Below, piece by piece: positions 38,579 to 51,826 of a DNA stretch of 64,000 bases. Origin of the DNA: Callorhinchus milii (lineage: Eukaryota); assembly GCF_018977255.1 (NCBI RefSeq), contig NW_024704742.1:78742001-78806000 (forward strand), in the 5' to 3' direction. The position numbers were made by a program, and so were the translations under genes. The stretch's first letter is position 1; every line of letters starts with the position of its first letter. The notes under the pieces are model-generated. The model worked only from the letters and a program-made list of their open reading frames with translations, was not told where the DNA came from and ran no database searches.

Positions 38579-38591
38579 TGACAGGCCTTAA
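38579..38591 (+). CDS. HMG20B: HMG20 last coding exon (S-D-R-P-stop), followed by 3' UTR
   Basis: Acceptor tttttctgtttcAG. The phase 2 join gives SDRP*, comparable to HMG20B SEHL*. Unique AT-rich UTR follows. Confidence 0.7.
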
Positions 38592-39148
38592 AACACCATA
38601 ATCTTCAGCAAATCAGATGATGCACAGATTCCCAAGGAGGCTGAAGAGTGGATTAGTTACAAATGCTTAGTTCCTCTTTTTTAAACTCATACAAGGCATT
38701 GCTGCAACTCCCTGAAAAAAAATGCAGTTAGTCTTTTGGATCCAGGGACATGGCAAACAGAATTAAAGGTCTGCTTCTCATTCAAGATTAAAGCAAAGGG
38801 ATTTGGATGAAGTTGAAGATTACACTATACAATACTTTGAAACAGAAAGCTGCAATGTGTCTAAAATTAAATGCTAGTTTGTTCAAAATTTAGTGACGAG
38901 TGCTAAACTAAGCTGTTAGTACTTTCATCATTTTTTCTTGTCAACGATGGTTTCATGCAGGCTGTGAATTCTGAGTTGATTCAGTAGTTTTTATTAACCT
39001 TTGTATATCTTTGTGTGAATTCATTCTATAGATGTAGATTTTTTTGTAAAGTAAGTTGTATATGACCATGACATGCTTGAGTTACATTGGTGTACAAACT
39101 TCAAAAGTAGTGAGAGCCAGGTTTTAATGCAGCTATTACACTTAAACA

Positions 39149-39154
39149 AATAAA
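39149..39154 (+). terminator. Probable polyadenylation signal of the HMG20 gene
   Basis: AATAAA ~560 nt after the stop codon, followed by a GT/T-rich tract. Confidence 0.55.
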
Positions 39155-41307
39155 ATCAATGCTACAATTTGTTGTTTAGACAGGGTTAAGGGGATATCAT
39201 TTTCAAATGGATGTTATGTTATTGATCACAGGTAACAAAAAAAATCTGATGGCTGTCAATTCTGTTATTTACAGCAAATTAGTACAAAAGTGTTTTTTTT
39301 TACAACTTAGATAAATTCTGTTCAAGTGAAATCCATCTTTTTTTTATAAATGATTTACCAATCCTCAAATTTCAATTCTGAGAAAATTAATTCCTTGTTA
39401 ATACATTTTTTCGTTGGGGAAAATAGTTATCAAATTCTCCTGTGCAGAGGGTGACATTTGTGTGTCTATGTGTGCGCACATACATACGTCTATTTAGTAG
39501 TTGCTCTATACTGTGTACAGGGTAACTCCTAAGTAGAAGTATTTTACAATACAATTTACCTTTTATCTAGTCCTTTGATGTCAGGTGGACGTCTCAAAAG
39601 TGCTTCACGCTGCTGATCGGGCACCTGAGCTGGGGGTGGGGGCCAAACTGTTGCAGAAAGAAAAGGTGCAGTCAAAAGAGAGTCGTCTTGAGAAGGCTTT
39701 GAATGAGGAGAGAGCAAGTAGGGACTTTGAGATGGAGTTCCAGGGAGCGGGTGCAGAAGGCTGAAAGGTGAATCGTTGGTGGTGGGACAGATAGGGTGGG
39801 GGAGAGGTTTTCCGAACCAATGTACATCAAGAGATTGAGATAACTTGCTTCAAGTTGGAATGGTTTATCAATATTGTCAAAGCAACCTTCATCAGAAATG
39901 TATACAAGCAGAGATACCGTACTTATATTTTGAAATATCTATAACACAGATGGCTGATAAGTGACACATAAATTTCTATGTTTCTAGAAGTGTGATATCA
40001 ACTTGCTGTTTGAGTTGCAGCTTTTACAAGTGTTGGACTTTTCATACATTCACACCTGCATAGAAGACTTATGACTACTTCAGATTGCCATTGGTCTTCC
40101 TTAGTTAAACAAAAACTGTTTGATTAATGAACTAAGAATGTATTTGTATTAATGAACATATGACTACTATGTATCCTGTGGCTTGTGTTTTATGCCGTTT
40201 TACCACATGATTCAAATTGCAGTTATGTACTTTTAGAGCACTGGATTTTACCACTTACCTTGCAATGGATCGGAAAGCTATTACACAATTGATTTGGTTG
40301 TGAGCAAAAAGGGAGATGAAAGATTAATTGGTTCGCGTATTCATCAGTGGCTTGGGATTGTGGTGTAGCCATTTGTATGTGCGCAAATAGTTGTTTGATT
40401 TCATTTCTACAACAGATTTTGAAGAACTTTATTTGTCAAAAAAGTTTATGTTTGCTGTGCAGCAAGCTACTGATATCAGCGGAGTTTGCAAAGATCGGCA
40501 GATGAGAAGCAAAGGTTGATATTTCAGCTGAGGAAAGGAAGGTCACTGAACGTTGACCTGCTGTCTCGTACCTCATAAGGCCAAAGTGGCGAGATATCAA
40601 AACAATAGGGACAGGTGACCCTAGAATGCTTTTTGACCTCAATGCAGCGAGTAAGCATACCCCTGGGCACAGATCACTTGTAACTTGATATATGGCCAGA
40701 GGAGACCAAGGAGAATTGAAGTGAAGCTACAATGATTTCATGAGCTAATACAACACTACACAGATGTTCTTACATATTGCACAGCATTGCAATGAACGAC
40801 AGTAAAAATCTTACATAAGTCGTATCAGGTGGAACCGTACATTTAATATGACATGCAAAGTATGAGTTATATCAGTTGTATCATACATGACTTGTGTAAA
40901 GTTATGTATAAGTTGGATTTTATAAGACTTACACATAACAAATACACAGTATTGAACTGGCTGGTGACACTTAAGGCAAAGTTTCAATATGGAAATTTTC
41001 AGAACCATCATTTCCCGGGATAACCATTTTCATCTTGTTTTATTATCTGTAAATGGTTTATTTGAATGTTCCTGTTGCCTTCCCTGATTTTATTCTGCTT
41101 TTCTTGCAGTGGGAGATGGTACAAATATGTGAATTATTTTAAGAGTTGAAGGGGGTTGTTAAGAGTCAACTTAATTGTCTTAGTTATAAAGGGAGATGTG
41201 TGTAGTCTCATACCTTACACAGCTGTCAGTTCGAGGAAACCTGAAAGCAGACAAGTGAGTACAGCACTGCTTTTGTAGCCATGATGCTGTGCTCCAGTCA
41301 TGGCGTG

Positions 41308-41855
41308 AATAATAATAATAATTGCATTGATTTAGCGCCTTATCACGTTGTTGAGAAGTCTCAAATTACTGTAAAGTGGATTGACTAATTTGTGGGAGAA
41401 ACACGGCAGCTAGTTGCGCACAGCAGTGTCCCACAAACAGTCATAATAATAATAATAATCCTTGCATTTGATATAGCGCTTTTCACGTCGGGAGGACGTC
41501 CCAAAGCGCTTCACAGAACACACTAAAGTGAATTGACTATTTGTGGGTGAACGCGGCAGCCAATTGCGCACAGCAATGTCCCACAAACAGTCGTAGATTG
41601 AAAATGAGCAATTTTATTTTTGTTTTTGGAGGGATTATTATCAGGCGTGTGGAGTAAGGAAACTTGCCCAAGGTTTCGCCCTCTGCCTGGAATTAAACTC
41701 AGGTCTCTCGTTTGCAAACCGAGTGCTCTAACCACTGAGCTACAGGATGGATAGAGAGACCAATTTATTATTTTTTGGAGGGATTATTATCCCTGGAAAG
41801 TGAACCACCAATCAACTTAACCAGGTTCCTACCTACTGTTAGGTAAACTGAGGTA
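41308..41855 (-). mobile_element. Short-subfamily SINE (~41444-41746) nested inside a long-subfamily SINE
   Basis: The older copy breaks after CCCACAAACAGTC and resumes at ~41747. Confidence 0.85.
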
Positions 41856-42071
41856 AACAACACTACACAAACATCCTCACATATAGTATAAAATTGCTTA
41901 AGAACTAGTTTTTTAACTGGAATGCTGTCATTGGCTATGCTTTGGGCAGTGACATTACGAAAACCTAATATAAAGTTGAGTTATTTCTTTTCCTTCAGTA
42001 AACAGCTGTAGATTGGGAAATATAGTGGTGTAAATATTGTTTTTAAAATATCTATGGATGGATTAATAGAG

Positions 42072-42940
42072 CAACAACAGCAACAAAATTACATTTTAGA
42101 GCGCCTTTCACATCAGGAGGACATCCAAAGGCGCTGGATAGTCAGGGCTCAGAACCCGAGCATGGAGGAGAGCTGGGGTAGGGGTGAGGGAAGGCAGAGA
42201 GGTGGAAGGACGACCAAAGGCACGATCGAAGAGGAGGGTCTTGAGACCGTCCTTCAAGGAGGCAAGGGAGGAAGTGAGGCGAAGGGACCATGGGATGGAG
42301 TTCCAGAGTGTGGGGGCAGAGAGGCTGAAAGCCCGGCTACTGATGGTAGGGCGGGAGACATGGAGCAGGTTGGAGCCTGATGAACGGAGGGAGCGGGCAG
42401 GTTGGTAGGAAGTCAGCAGGTCAGAGAGGTAGGAGGGGCAAGGGCATGGATGACTTTGAAAGTGAGGACGAGGATCTTGAACTCGATCTACTGGGGGATG
42501 GGGAGCCAGTGGAATCGAGCAAGGATGGGAGTGATGGGGTCGTGGAGCCTGGTGCGTGAGAGTACACGAGCTGCAGAGGTTTGGATGATCTGCAGCTTGT
42601 GAAGGGAAGAGTTGGGAAGGCCGATGAGGAAAAAGTTCCCGTAATCGAGCCTTGAGGTGACGAATCCGTGAGTGAGGGTTTGGGCAGCCTGAGGGGTGAG
42701 GCAGTGGCGGAGTCTTGCAATTTCGCGGAGATGGTGGTAGGCAGTGCTGGTCATGGCGCGGATGTGGGGGAGAAAGGACAGTTCAGGGTCAAACAAGATA
42801 CCCAGGTTCCTGACTGGCTTAGTGAGGTTGAGTGTGCAGCTGTGGAGGCTGATGCTGCCAGCGCCCGAGGTGCGGAGGCGATGGTGCGAGCCAATCAGGA
42901 GGGCCTCGGTCTTGCTGACGTTGAGTTGGAACTTCAGCAG
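42072..42940 (-). mobile_element. L2 3' fragment (ORF2 C-terminus)
   Basis: FDPELSFLPHI...HLREIARLRHCLTPQAAQTLTHGFVTSRLDYGN...HWLPI. Confidence 0.92.
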
Positions 42941-44228
42941 AATATTCGTATCATTTTATAAGTAGATACTTGGTTCACATGACATGTGCAGATGTATTGA
43001 AACATTGCAGTAGGTATAACAAATTATAACAATTTGGCCTGGTGTTGTATAAACAATATTCTGCAGGAATATCTATCAGTTTTTCATTGTGTACCCTTCT
43101 ACAATACACATGTTATTGTTTTACCTTGTGTCAATGAGTTTGCCGCTTTCATATTTTCTGTTATCACTGTTGAGACAGGGGTTGGGGTTATGTATTCTGT
43201 CACTGTTACTACGTTTTGCCATTTTTTGGTTTGAATCCACTGTGCCACTGTGTGTTTGGTTACGTGCAACTTCAGATCAGTCAAAAGGAACATTTGTGAC
43301 AAGTGCCCTGGATGCACTCAGACTATGTAACAGCAGATGTTTTTGTTGCAGTGTACTCCAAGTGACTTTATTGTGACATGTGAGCTATCGTGGTAGAGAA
43401 AGCTTGGCTAGGTAATAAGGAGTTGCCTCGAATGCTTGCTTGTGTGAACACTGTAATCTTTGGGATCAGTTTTATTATCTCCAAGATGAATTATGATCTG
43501 TTACATAGTTTATTCTGGTATTTGATGTATTGTTCTAGGAATGTAGTGATTTGGATTAATTTCAGTAAAATGAATTTTGTACGTCAAGCTTACTGGTCGC
43601 TTCCTTGACAAAATACATCAGCAGTACTTTTTAAAATGTTTTTTTCATATCTTTATGTGGATTTGGTGACCATCAGCTTGTTTCAAATCAAAAAAGGAGC
43701 AGCCATGAAAATATGTTCTGAGAGAGTGAATTGGTAGGATCACCGAGATACCCAAAAGGTGAGGTTCTACTGTATGTTTTTTTTAAGGAAGTATAGAGAT
43801 TTAAGGAACCTTAGCTTGTACTGATAACAGTGACTGAATTACAAGACTTTTTATCTGCAAAATACAGTCACTGAACTTTAAAGTATATCTTGTTAAGCAC
43901 TTTGAGATGTCCTCCTGTTGTAAGGAGAACGTCTATCAAATGTGAAGTTTATTATTATGGGTTATTAACATACTTATCCCCAAATCTTGTGGCTCATCCT
44001 CCCTCCGCACATTCAAAGTCAATTTCAAGTATGTACATCTTTCCCTCAACTTCCATCTTGTTGGTTTGGAACCCAGCCAGCAGTGTGATGCACTTTGAGA
44101 TGTCCTTCTGATGTCGAGGTGCTATCTAAATGTAAATTGTGTATTTGGAGAGTAAGATGCTCCCATGTGTAAAGGTTGATTAGTTTACACTCATGGTTTG
44201 AGATTTGACCCCCAGAATCCCAGTTGAA

Positions 44229-44455
44229 ATAATAATAATAATCCTTGCATTTGATAAAGCGCCTTATTATGTCTTCGAGACGTCTCAAAGCGCTTCACAG
44301 AATATACTGTAAAGTGAATTGGATTGACTATATATTTTGTGGGCGAAATGCGGCAGCCAATTGCGCACAGCAGAGTCCCACAAACTAATGTGGATTGAGT
44401 AACCAATTTATTATCTTTTTTTGGAAGCAATTATTACCCCCGGAAAAGCGATCTG
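44229..44455 (-). mobile_element. 5'-truncated SINE, long subfamily
   Basis: Family core and tail. Confidence 0.85.
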
Positions 44456-44867
44456 GGAACTGGTCTGTGCACAGTTTCTGAAATGAACCACAGAGATCCC
44501 ACTGTTCAAAAAATACAGTTAGAGACCTGAGCAAAAAAGAAGTAAAATAAGTATTGCAGCCGCATTTGCTTCTTATCGATTAACAGGACACTACATGATC
44601 AATTGGCACTGCTCAGTAAGGTTTACACAGCAAGGTTCACTGAGCAATTAATTCTTCACATTCCCCTCAATGCCCAGTGGTCTGCAGAGCATCCTGTATT
44701 ACATGTTCTGAATAAAAGTATGGAATGAGAGATCCACAACAGAAACATAGTGTAAGCCTACATCTGATGGAGGCCAAATTTGTATTTTTTTCCACCTTTT
44801 ATTAAAACACTGATCATACTGGTTTCAGATTCCTACAATGGAAATTGCTCTTGCTCAAACATTTTCA

Positions 44868-45560
44868 TCAACAACAACAACGACAAGATTACATTTGTAT
44901 AGCACCTTTCACGTTGGGAGGATGTCCCAAGGCGCTGGACAAAGTACAGCATTTCAGACCCGAGCTGGGGTCAGGCAGTGAGAAGGGAGGGGAGAGGAAG
45001 GGCGGTGACCTTGGTTGAAGAGGAGAGGAGAGTTTTGAAGTGGGACTTCAAGGATGTGAAGGAGGGGGCGAGGCAATGGAGGGCTTTGTATGCAAGGACC
45101 AGGATCTTGAACTGGATCCTCTGAAGGATAGGGAGCCAATGGAGTCGGGCGAGAATGGGGGAGATGGGGTCACGGAGTTTGGTGCGGGAGAGGACACGGG
45201 CTGCAGAGTTCTGGATTATCTGCAGCCTGTGGAGAGAGGAGTTGGGAAGGCCGACAAGCAGAGCATTTGCACATTCGAGCCTGGAGGTGACGAAGGCATG
45301 AACAAGAGTTTCAGTGGCCTGAGGGGTGAGGTAGTGGCGGATTCGAGCGATGTTACGAAGGTGAGGGAAGGCAGAGCGGGTCATGGGTTGGATATGGAGA
45401 AGAAAAGACAGTTGAGGGTTGAACAAGACCCCTAGGTTCCTGACTGTCTTGGTGAGTTGTAGTGTGCAACCATGGAGGTTGATGCTGCCAGAGCCTGAGG
45501 TGCAGAGGTGGAGGCGTGACCCAATCAGGAGGGCCTCAGTCTTGTTCACATTCAACTGTA
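44868..45560 (-). mobile_element. L2 3' fragment with internal deletion
   Basis: FLQLNVNKTEALLIGS...VRNLGVLF...QNSAARVLSRTK...LHWLPI. Confidence 0.92.
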
Positions 45561-45952
45561 GAAAATCAGAGCCCGGATAGCATTTGCAAATTGGGAAATA
45601 CAAAAGGGCAAGCAAAAAATCAAACCAGACATAACATATATTTTCAGCAGAAGTGCGAACGTAAAAATGGAGAGGAAAATATGCATTGAAACGGAAATTT
45701 TCAGAATGGAACGAGATCATTTAATCCTCGAGTCTGCTATGGAGGTTGCTTTTTTTAAAATATAATCTCCTATTTCCCTTAAGTTCCCCCCACCCCTCCA
45801 GTGTTTATTCAAAGAATGGGGGATTCCGTAAATGTCAGTAAATATGTTGACCTCTGCGGCTAAGTTCCTGTTATCTGGTCAGTAAATTAACTTTAACTGT
45901 GTGAGCTAATGATGGATTTTGACAGTGAGCATTTATAATGTAAGATTCTTAT

Positions 45953-45969
45953 TAGCACCCCCTGCTGCG
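45953..45969 (-). promoter_or_regulatory. Candidate CTCF site between the two convergent genes
   Basis: CGCAGCAGGGGGTGCTA, close to the CCAGCAGGGGGCGC consensus. Motif match only. Confidence 0.4.
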
Positions 45970-47336
45970 AAAGGACAGTAGATTTTATGACCAGTTAAAT
46001 AATCACAAACCCTCTGCTCCTCCAAGTCCTACCAAAGAATCAGACTGGCTGGCCTGTCATTCACAGTGTTCTGGAGTACTGTGGACCCACATGGCTCAGA
46101 AACCAGACTACCGTGACCGCCACAGAGGGTTGACCTGATAAACATCTGTTGCAAGCCTATCACTTTGAGTCAGTTCAGTTCCAAGGAGACCCCACTTACT
46201 GCCGCCCCCCCCGCCCACCCCACCCCACACACCCAGGAGCATTGTCACTAGTCGGTCATTTGACATCTGACAAAAGCAAGTTTGAGCTCTCACTCGGTGG
46301 ATACCAGGTACCAAGAACTCTGCGAGCTTCCTGATCAGCAGGGAAAGTACGAGAGGATTGCCACCATCCTGCCCACAGCTCGAAGACAATCCATTGATTG
46401 AGTGATGGTTCTATCATTTGGAGGTGAGGGAAATTGTTTCCTAAACTTCCATTGGCGTGCACTAAAAGCTCATTAAAACTCATTGCGGGTGAACTATGGA
46501 AAAGAAGGTTCATTATATTTCAGGGCACTGATGAACATGTGATTAGATGAATAATATAGGAATGGTTGTAAATGTTAATGTCCTTTTGGATAATTCCATT
46601 AACTAGGTTAATTTCTAATCTTTAAGCAAGATAAGATGCAACAGTAAATGTTAAATATTTGACAATTAGAATTATATTGAAAGATACTTAGAATCAATTC
46701 TTTACAAGCAAAAATATGAACTGCAATACTATGTCAATATATCTCCTTTGGAGTGAAAAGGCATTTGGTGCACATCAAGAACTGACCAGAGAGGGGTGAA
46801 CAGCTTTCTGTGTAGAGTGTCTGCTGCAGCAAAGGAATCAATGATCGGTGGGGGGGTATCTAATTATTTCTGCCTCTGTTGAGCAGGACAGCACAAATTC
46901 AACCTTTGGGGCTGACTTAATTCAACTCAGTGAAGCACTAACCCTGGCATTTCAAGTATTGACATCTTTAGATTAAGTTTTGTACGGAATTACACAGAAT
47001 GATATGGTACAGAAACAGGACAATTGGCGCAACTCATCCATGCCAGTGTTTATAATCCATATGAATCGCCATCCCTCCTAATCCCCTATCCCATACTCCT
47101 CTATTCCTTTCTCCCTCTTGCATGCTAAAGGATAATAATTTTGAATTGCTAAGGGGTAATGATTTTGAACTAGAGGGCAATGTTTTTGAATTTGTAAGGG
47201 GCACTGAATTTGAATTTTGCTGCACATGCCAGGATGAGTGTTGTGTATGTAATATCAGGATTATTTTAATATGCATTTTAACTTTTCAGGATTATTTAAA
47301 AACAAATACGATTTGGTGCATGCGTGAAAAAAATCC

Positions 47337-47342
47337 TTTATT
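47337..47342 (-). terminator. Probable polyadenylation signal of the laminin-alpha-like gene
   Basis: AATAAA on - strand ~175 nt past the stop codon. Confidence 0.5.
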
Positions 47343-47517
47343 TGCATATTATTATTATACTATTACTCCTGTGTACACAGAGGGATAGGACATCCTACAG
47401 AAAAAAGACTCACTCCATGAATGAAGCAAAATGAGATCAGTCTGTCACGTAAAAATCACTATTGTAATCCATTTTAAGATGTTGACCAGTGTTCCTACAA
47501 ATCTAACACCCGCTAGT

Positions 47518-47648
47518 CTAACTGGGACATCCTCTGGAGACATTGATTCTTTCTAAAGAACCAGAAAGAAATGAAGTTTCCTTTCCGTTAATAAACATGG
47601 ATAATATGCATCCGGTGAAGCCACGGCTTTTTGCTGGACTATGCTGAC
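47518..47648 (-). CDS. Laminin-alpha-like terminal exon (QHSPAKSRGFTGCILSMFINGKETSFLSGSLERINVSRGCPS*)
   Basis: FTGCI...V..GCP-stop is the typical laminin-alpha C-terminus. Acceptor tgtcttttcAG. Confidence 0.92.
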
Positions 47649-48089
47649 CTGAAAAGACAAAGAAATGTATTGTGAAGTGTACATTGTGCTTCCCCCTTGG
47701 TTCATCACCCACAGGCATTGGATCAACTTTTTGCTGTTCATATTTGTGCTGATAACACACAACTTTCTACCTCCCTCCCTCCACCTTCAACTCTAGGACC
47801 ATTGCTGTCTTGACATCAAATCATTGCTCTTAACATCTGAATGTTAAGATAAATTAAACCATCCTGTTTTGGCTCCGGCCAATTTCTGCCACCCTCTGGC
47901 TTCAATATTAACCTCCCTCAAGTGCTGCTCATTCCTGCTTATGGAGCCACTCAGCAATCTTGGTGTTTTGTTTTACCGTCTGGTTTCTTTTAAACTGTAT
48001 GTCCCAGTGACTTGGGATGTCCTCCTGACGTGAAAAGCACTACACAAACATAATTTGTATCGTATTGTACTTTGGGTAACTCCTTTCCA

Positions 48090-48510
48090 GATGTCAGACT
48101 GGTAGCACTTTCTGCTCTGAGTCATGTGTTGTGGGTTCAAGCCCCACTTCGGGACTTTGAACAAACAGTCTAGGTTGATACTCCAACACCATGCTGGGGG
48201 AGTATTGTATCGTTGTCGGTTTTGTACTTTGCATGAGAATTAAACTGAGGCCGTCTGCCTGTTTAAGTGGATGTTAAAGTTCCCATGACAGTAGTCAAAA
48301 AGAGTAGGGAGTTTCTCCCAATTTTATGGCCAACATTTCCCCCAAATAAAATCGGTCATTCCCCTCAATAGCTATTCTGGAACGTTGCTATGTGCAAAAT
48401 AGCAGTTACATTGTGTAGAAAATACAACTTTACAGTAAATAATATGAAGTGCTTTGAGACAACCTGCTGTCATGAAAGGTGCTGCATGAAACAGAAGAAT
48501 TAGTTACAAT
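48090..48510 (+). mobile_element. Older Deu-type SINE (different tRNA head); similar decayed copies at ~1185, 7280, 8470, 9290, 29080, 32650, 34790, 35580, 38205 and 52195
   Basis: Shared blocks TGGTAGCAC...TCTGAGTCA...GGTTCAAGCCCCAC, ATGAGATGTTAAACTGAGG and GATCCCATGGCACTATT. Confidence 0.7.
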
Positions 48511-49520
48511 ATCTGTCTGCTTTGCTGCCTCCTTCATCCATGACATGTCTACCCTCTGGAATTCTCTTCCTTAAATGTTTTCATCGTGCTTTATTTTTCT
48601 CTGCTTTCAAAGTCCACCTAAAGTATTATCTTTTCAAATCAACATTGTTGACGCTCCCTGCTCGGTGCTCCCCAATCTATTTCATTGCTCATCACGAATA
48701 ATGCAGGATCCTTAGGAGGGTAATATTTTCACAAGCTGCCAGATATGACTGGTAATATTGATTTATAACAGTATTGTTCCATTGTAAGCATGCATCAAAA
48801 GCACCTTGCATGTAGCTAGAGACAATCATCTTATTCCTCTAGACTGGATATAAGCCTTGTTACATGAGCTTGGCTCTTTTAGTCGCACAAGGTTGTGAGC
48901 TCATAATCTGTGCTGACACTTATAATAATAATCCTTGCAGCAAGGATTATTATTATTATTATTATTATTATCACATCTTCAAGACATCTAAAACTCTTCA
49001 CAAAATATACAGTAAAGTGAATTGACTAAATTTGTGGGCGAAATGAGGCAGCTAGTTGCGCACAGCAGTGTCCCACAAACAGATGTTGATTGAGTGGCCA
49101 AATTATTATTTTTTTTGAAGGCGTTATTACCCCCAAAAAGCAATCTGCCAACTGAGATATTAAACTATTTGCCTGTCTTGCTTATTCAGAACTTTCAAGT
49201 CGTATTGCATGATACTAATTGAAAGAAAAGGGAATTTCTTCCGGTGTCCGGGTCAACAATCCACCAGAGAAAAAAAATCCCTCAAATCATAACTGTGAGA
49301 CCACCTGCATACAAAGTGGTTGCCATGTTGCTTAGAAAACCAGTCACTACACTTAACTGTAATTACTGTAAAGCACTTTGAGACTCTCTGATATGATAAG
49401 GCGCTATGAAATTGCTAGTTTTCTTTCCTGAAAAGATATGCTGACCGATCCTACCAACTTGTCCCATGTTCTCCCCGTTATGGAAACCATTAAAATGTTA
49501 AGAGCGTTTTGTTTTATTAC

Positions 49521-49749
49521 CTGGTGCTCCACCAAAATACACATCCATGTCCATTATTTCTTTGAAGAAAGCCGCAGGCATGGGTGAGGCTAGCAGAATA
49601 CTTGTATCCACACGTATCTCAAGCCCCACATTTTCAAGCAGTCGGACCTCAATGCTGTGAGGCTTGTTGTCACAGATCCTGTATGGGTTGAGCAGTGAGA
49701 ATTTGATCTCGGGAAGTGGACTGAGATTGTAAGACATGCTGACAGCAAT
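49521..49749 (-). CDS. Laminin-alpha-like LG5 exon (IAVSMSYNL...ICDNKPHSIEVR...MDVYFGGAP)
   Basis: ICD..H.I and VYFGG.P motifs of laminin LG5. 229 nt, phase 0 to 1. Confidence 0.9.
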
Positions 49750-51698
49750 CTGTGTGGAAATAAACAGGCAAGTTACAAATTGTGACAACCTCACTAAGCA
49801 AAAGCATTCATTCGGTAATTGTAGAACTAATAATAACAACTATGTTATAGTACGGATGTTATGTGAACTGTGATTGGTTCGGATGAAGAAGCCCTTCGGT
49901 CCATTTGCTCTTATCCTTCCAGAATACTCACCCTCCCTTCTTCCATCACAGTGTCAAGCTGATTCCTAAATTAATGCCTTACCCAACCTACCTGACAACC
50001 TGCTCCAGTCATTAATTAAGAAATATTTAAATGAACGTTGCCTTTACTTGCCAGTGGTTAACAGATGTGGGCAATTCTGACATGCACTTAATGATTAGAT
50101 AGGCTAGGGCTCTTCAGTCTTAAAGGAAGACAAATCAGAGGGGACTAAATAGAGATGCATAAAATGTTAAATGGGATTGAAAAAGCCACTGGCAGCATTT
50201 TAAAAAAACAGCTTGACGCTTTGATGTGAGAACAGTAAGATAGATATTCCGAAGCGATAAGATCTGTTGGGCCGAAGGGCTTATTCATCTAAACTAATCT
50301 TGTAATCTTGTGAGGTCTTAAGTACCTGAGCTGCAACCATGTTAGTGTGAGCCTTCTTCTTTACCCATTGATCATCGATAACATATATTACCCCAGAGGA
50401 TGCTCACTCCATAACTCTCTCACCCTTGGAACTGCACTCCAGTATACAGAGGTGAGGGGCAGAAGCATATACCATTGGGGAGAAAATTAGCAAATAAATG
50501 GACAAAACTAAAAACAAATAAACAGTTTTCAGCCAATGGGGCCATAAATCAGTAAAGTTTGACTTGGTCGAACTATCAGAGTGACACATTAATTACACAC
50601 TGCAATTCAACCTACATTTAGATAGCACTGTTTACATTGGGAGGACATTGCAAGTTTCTTAACAATAATGATTTGGGATCCGAGTAGGGAGTGGGAGTTG
50701 AGAGAAAGGGAGTGGAAGATCAAAAGGAAGTTTTCATGCTTTTCTGCTGCCCCCAGAAATGCAGAGTGGAAGATGAGATGAATTACTGTCAGCATAGGTA
50801 CTTTTGCTTTAGAAATATTCAAGCACTCCAGGTTTCTATCATATTATGCCTAGTATTACTATCAAGTATTACTCCTTCAACTAATGAAAAGGTCATAACT
50901 CACTTCCTATAGCGAAGACTATGTTGAAAGAAAACATCTTGTTTTCCTCCATTACCTTTTCTTTGTTTTTAAGAGGTTGTATTTGCTCTGTACTGTATTA
51001 GCTACTATGACAAACCCAAACATATTTCTGTATACTCCGATCTTCCTCATATGTCTTGCTTTCTAATTAATAACATATAAAAGTCCCTTTCATCTATTGT
51101 TGTATCTCACAACAGAAGAGGGGTTCTCCCAGTGTCCTAGTCAACAGTCCTCCAGTTAAGTTAGTCATTTCACTTCATGGTTCCATTTTGGACATTACGA
51201 TGTATAAATGGCTAGTGTGATGATCTATAAATGAAGTCAATACACTTACCAGCAATTCACTGTCAAGCTCTTTGGGGCATTAGGAGGTCTATATTCAAAT
51301 GCAAAGACTATTATGACATTATTATTATCATCCATCTGCAGTAGCTGCCGGTTGATTATCACAGTATAACCTGCCCTTCAGTGAGGAAGCACCTAGCCTC
51401 CAATCTGTGCTGCCTTCCAATGACACATCTAAGACCAGACACTTGCCATATAGGAAACTGGAAATGTCATACTGTGTTCTATACAACAGCATTCCAACTA
51501 GTGCACTATCAGCACACCACTACTCATTTAACTTAACAAAAGTTTGTAACTTTTTTTAAACTCCATTTCTTCACCATGTGTGCTGTACACATCAATGCTG
51601 TAAGTAGCCTTAGCTTGCATACTTGTCTGTTTTTGTTAATAGTAAGCAAATATGCCATTGTTATAAATTGTGCTAAGCTCTGGCTAGCAGGTTCTCAC

Positions 51699-51826
51699 CT
51701 GTCCTTCCTGGAATCCTACTGACAGTTCTTTGTCACTAGAGGGCTCCAACAACTGCAGAAGTAAACCACTTCTTTGATGAGTTTTAATGGAGAGAGAAAT
51801 AGTAACATCATTGGCAGCAAATTTCC
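51699..51826 (-). CDS. Laminin-alpha-like LG5 exon (KFAANDVTISLSIKTHQRSGLLLQLLEPSSDKELSVGFQEGQ)
   Basis: I.L.IKT....GLLL LamG motif. 128 nt, phase 1 to 0, donor CAG|GTGAGA. Confidence 0.9.

Noticed and set aside
40415..40650. Plus-strand exon-like segment with acceptor and GTAAGC donor
   Set aside because: Stops in the frames I translated, no recognisable protein, and it lies beyond the HMG20 polyA signal.
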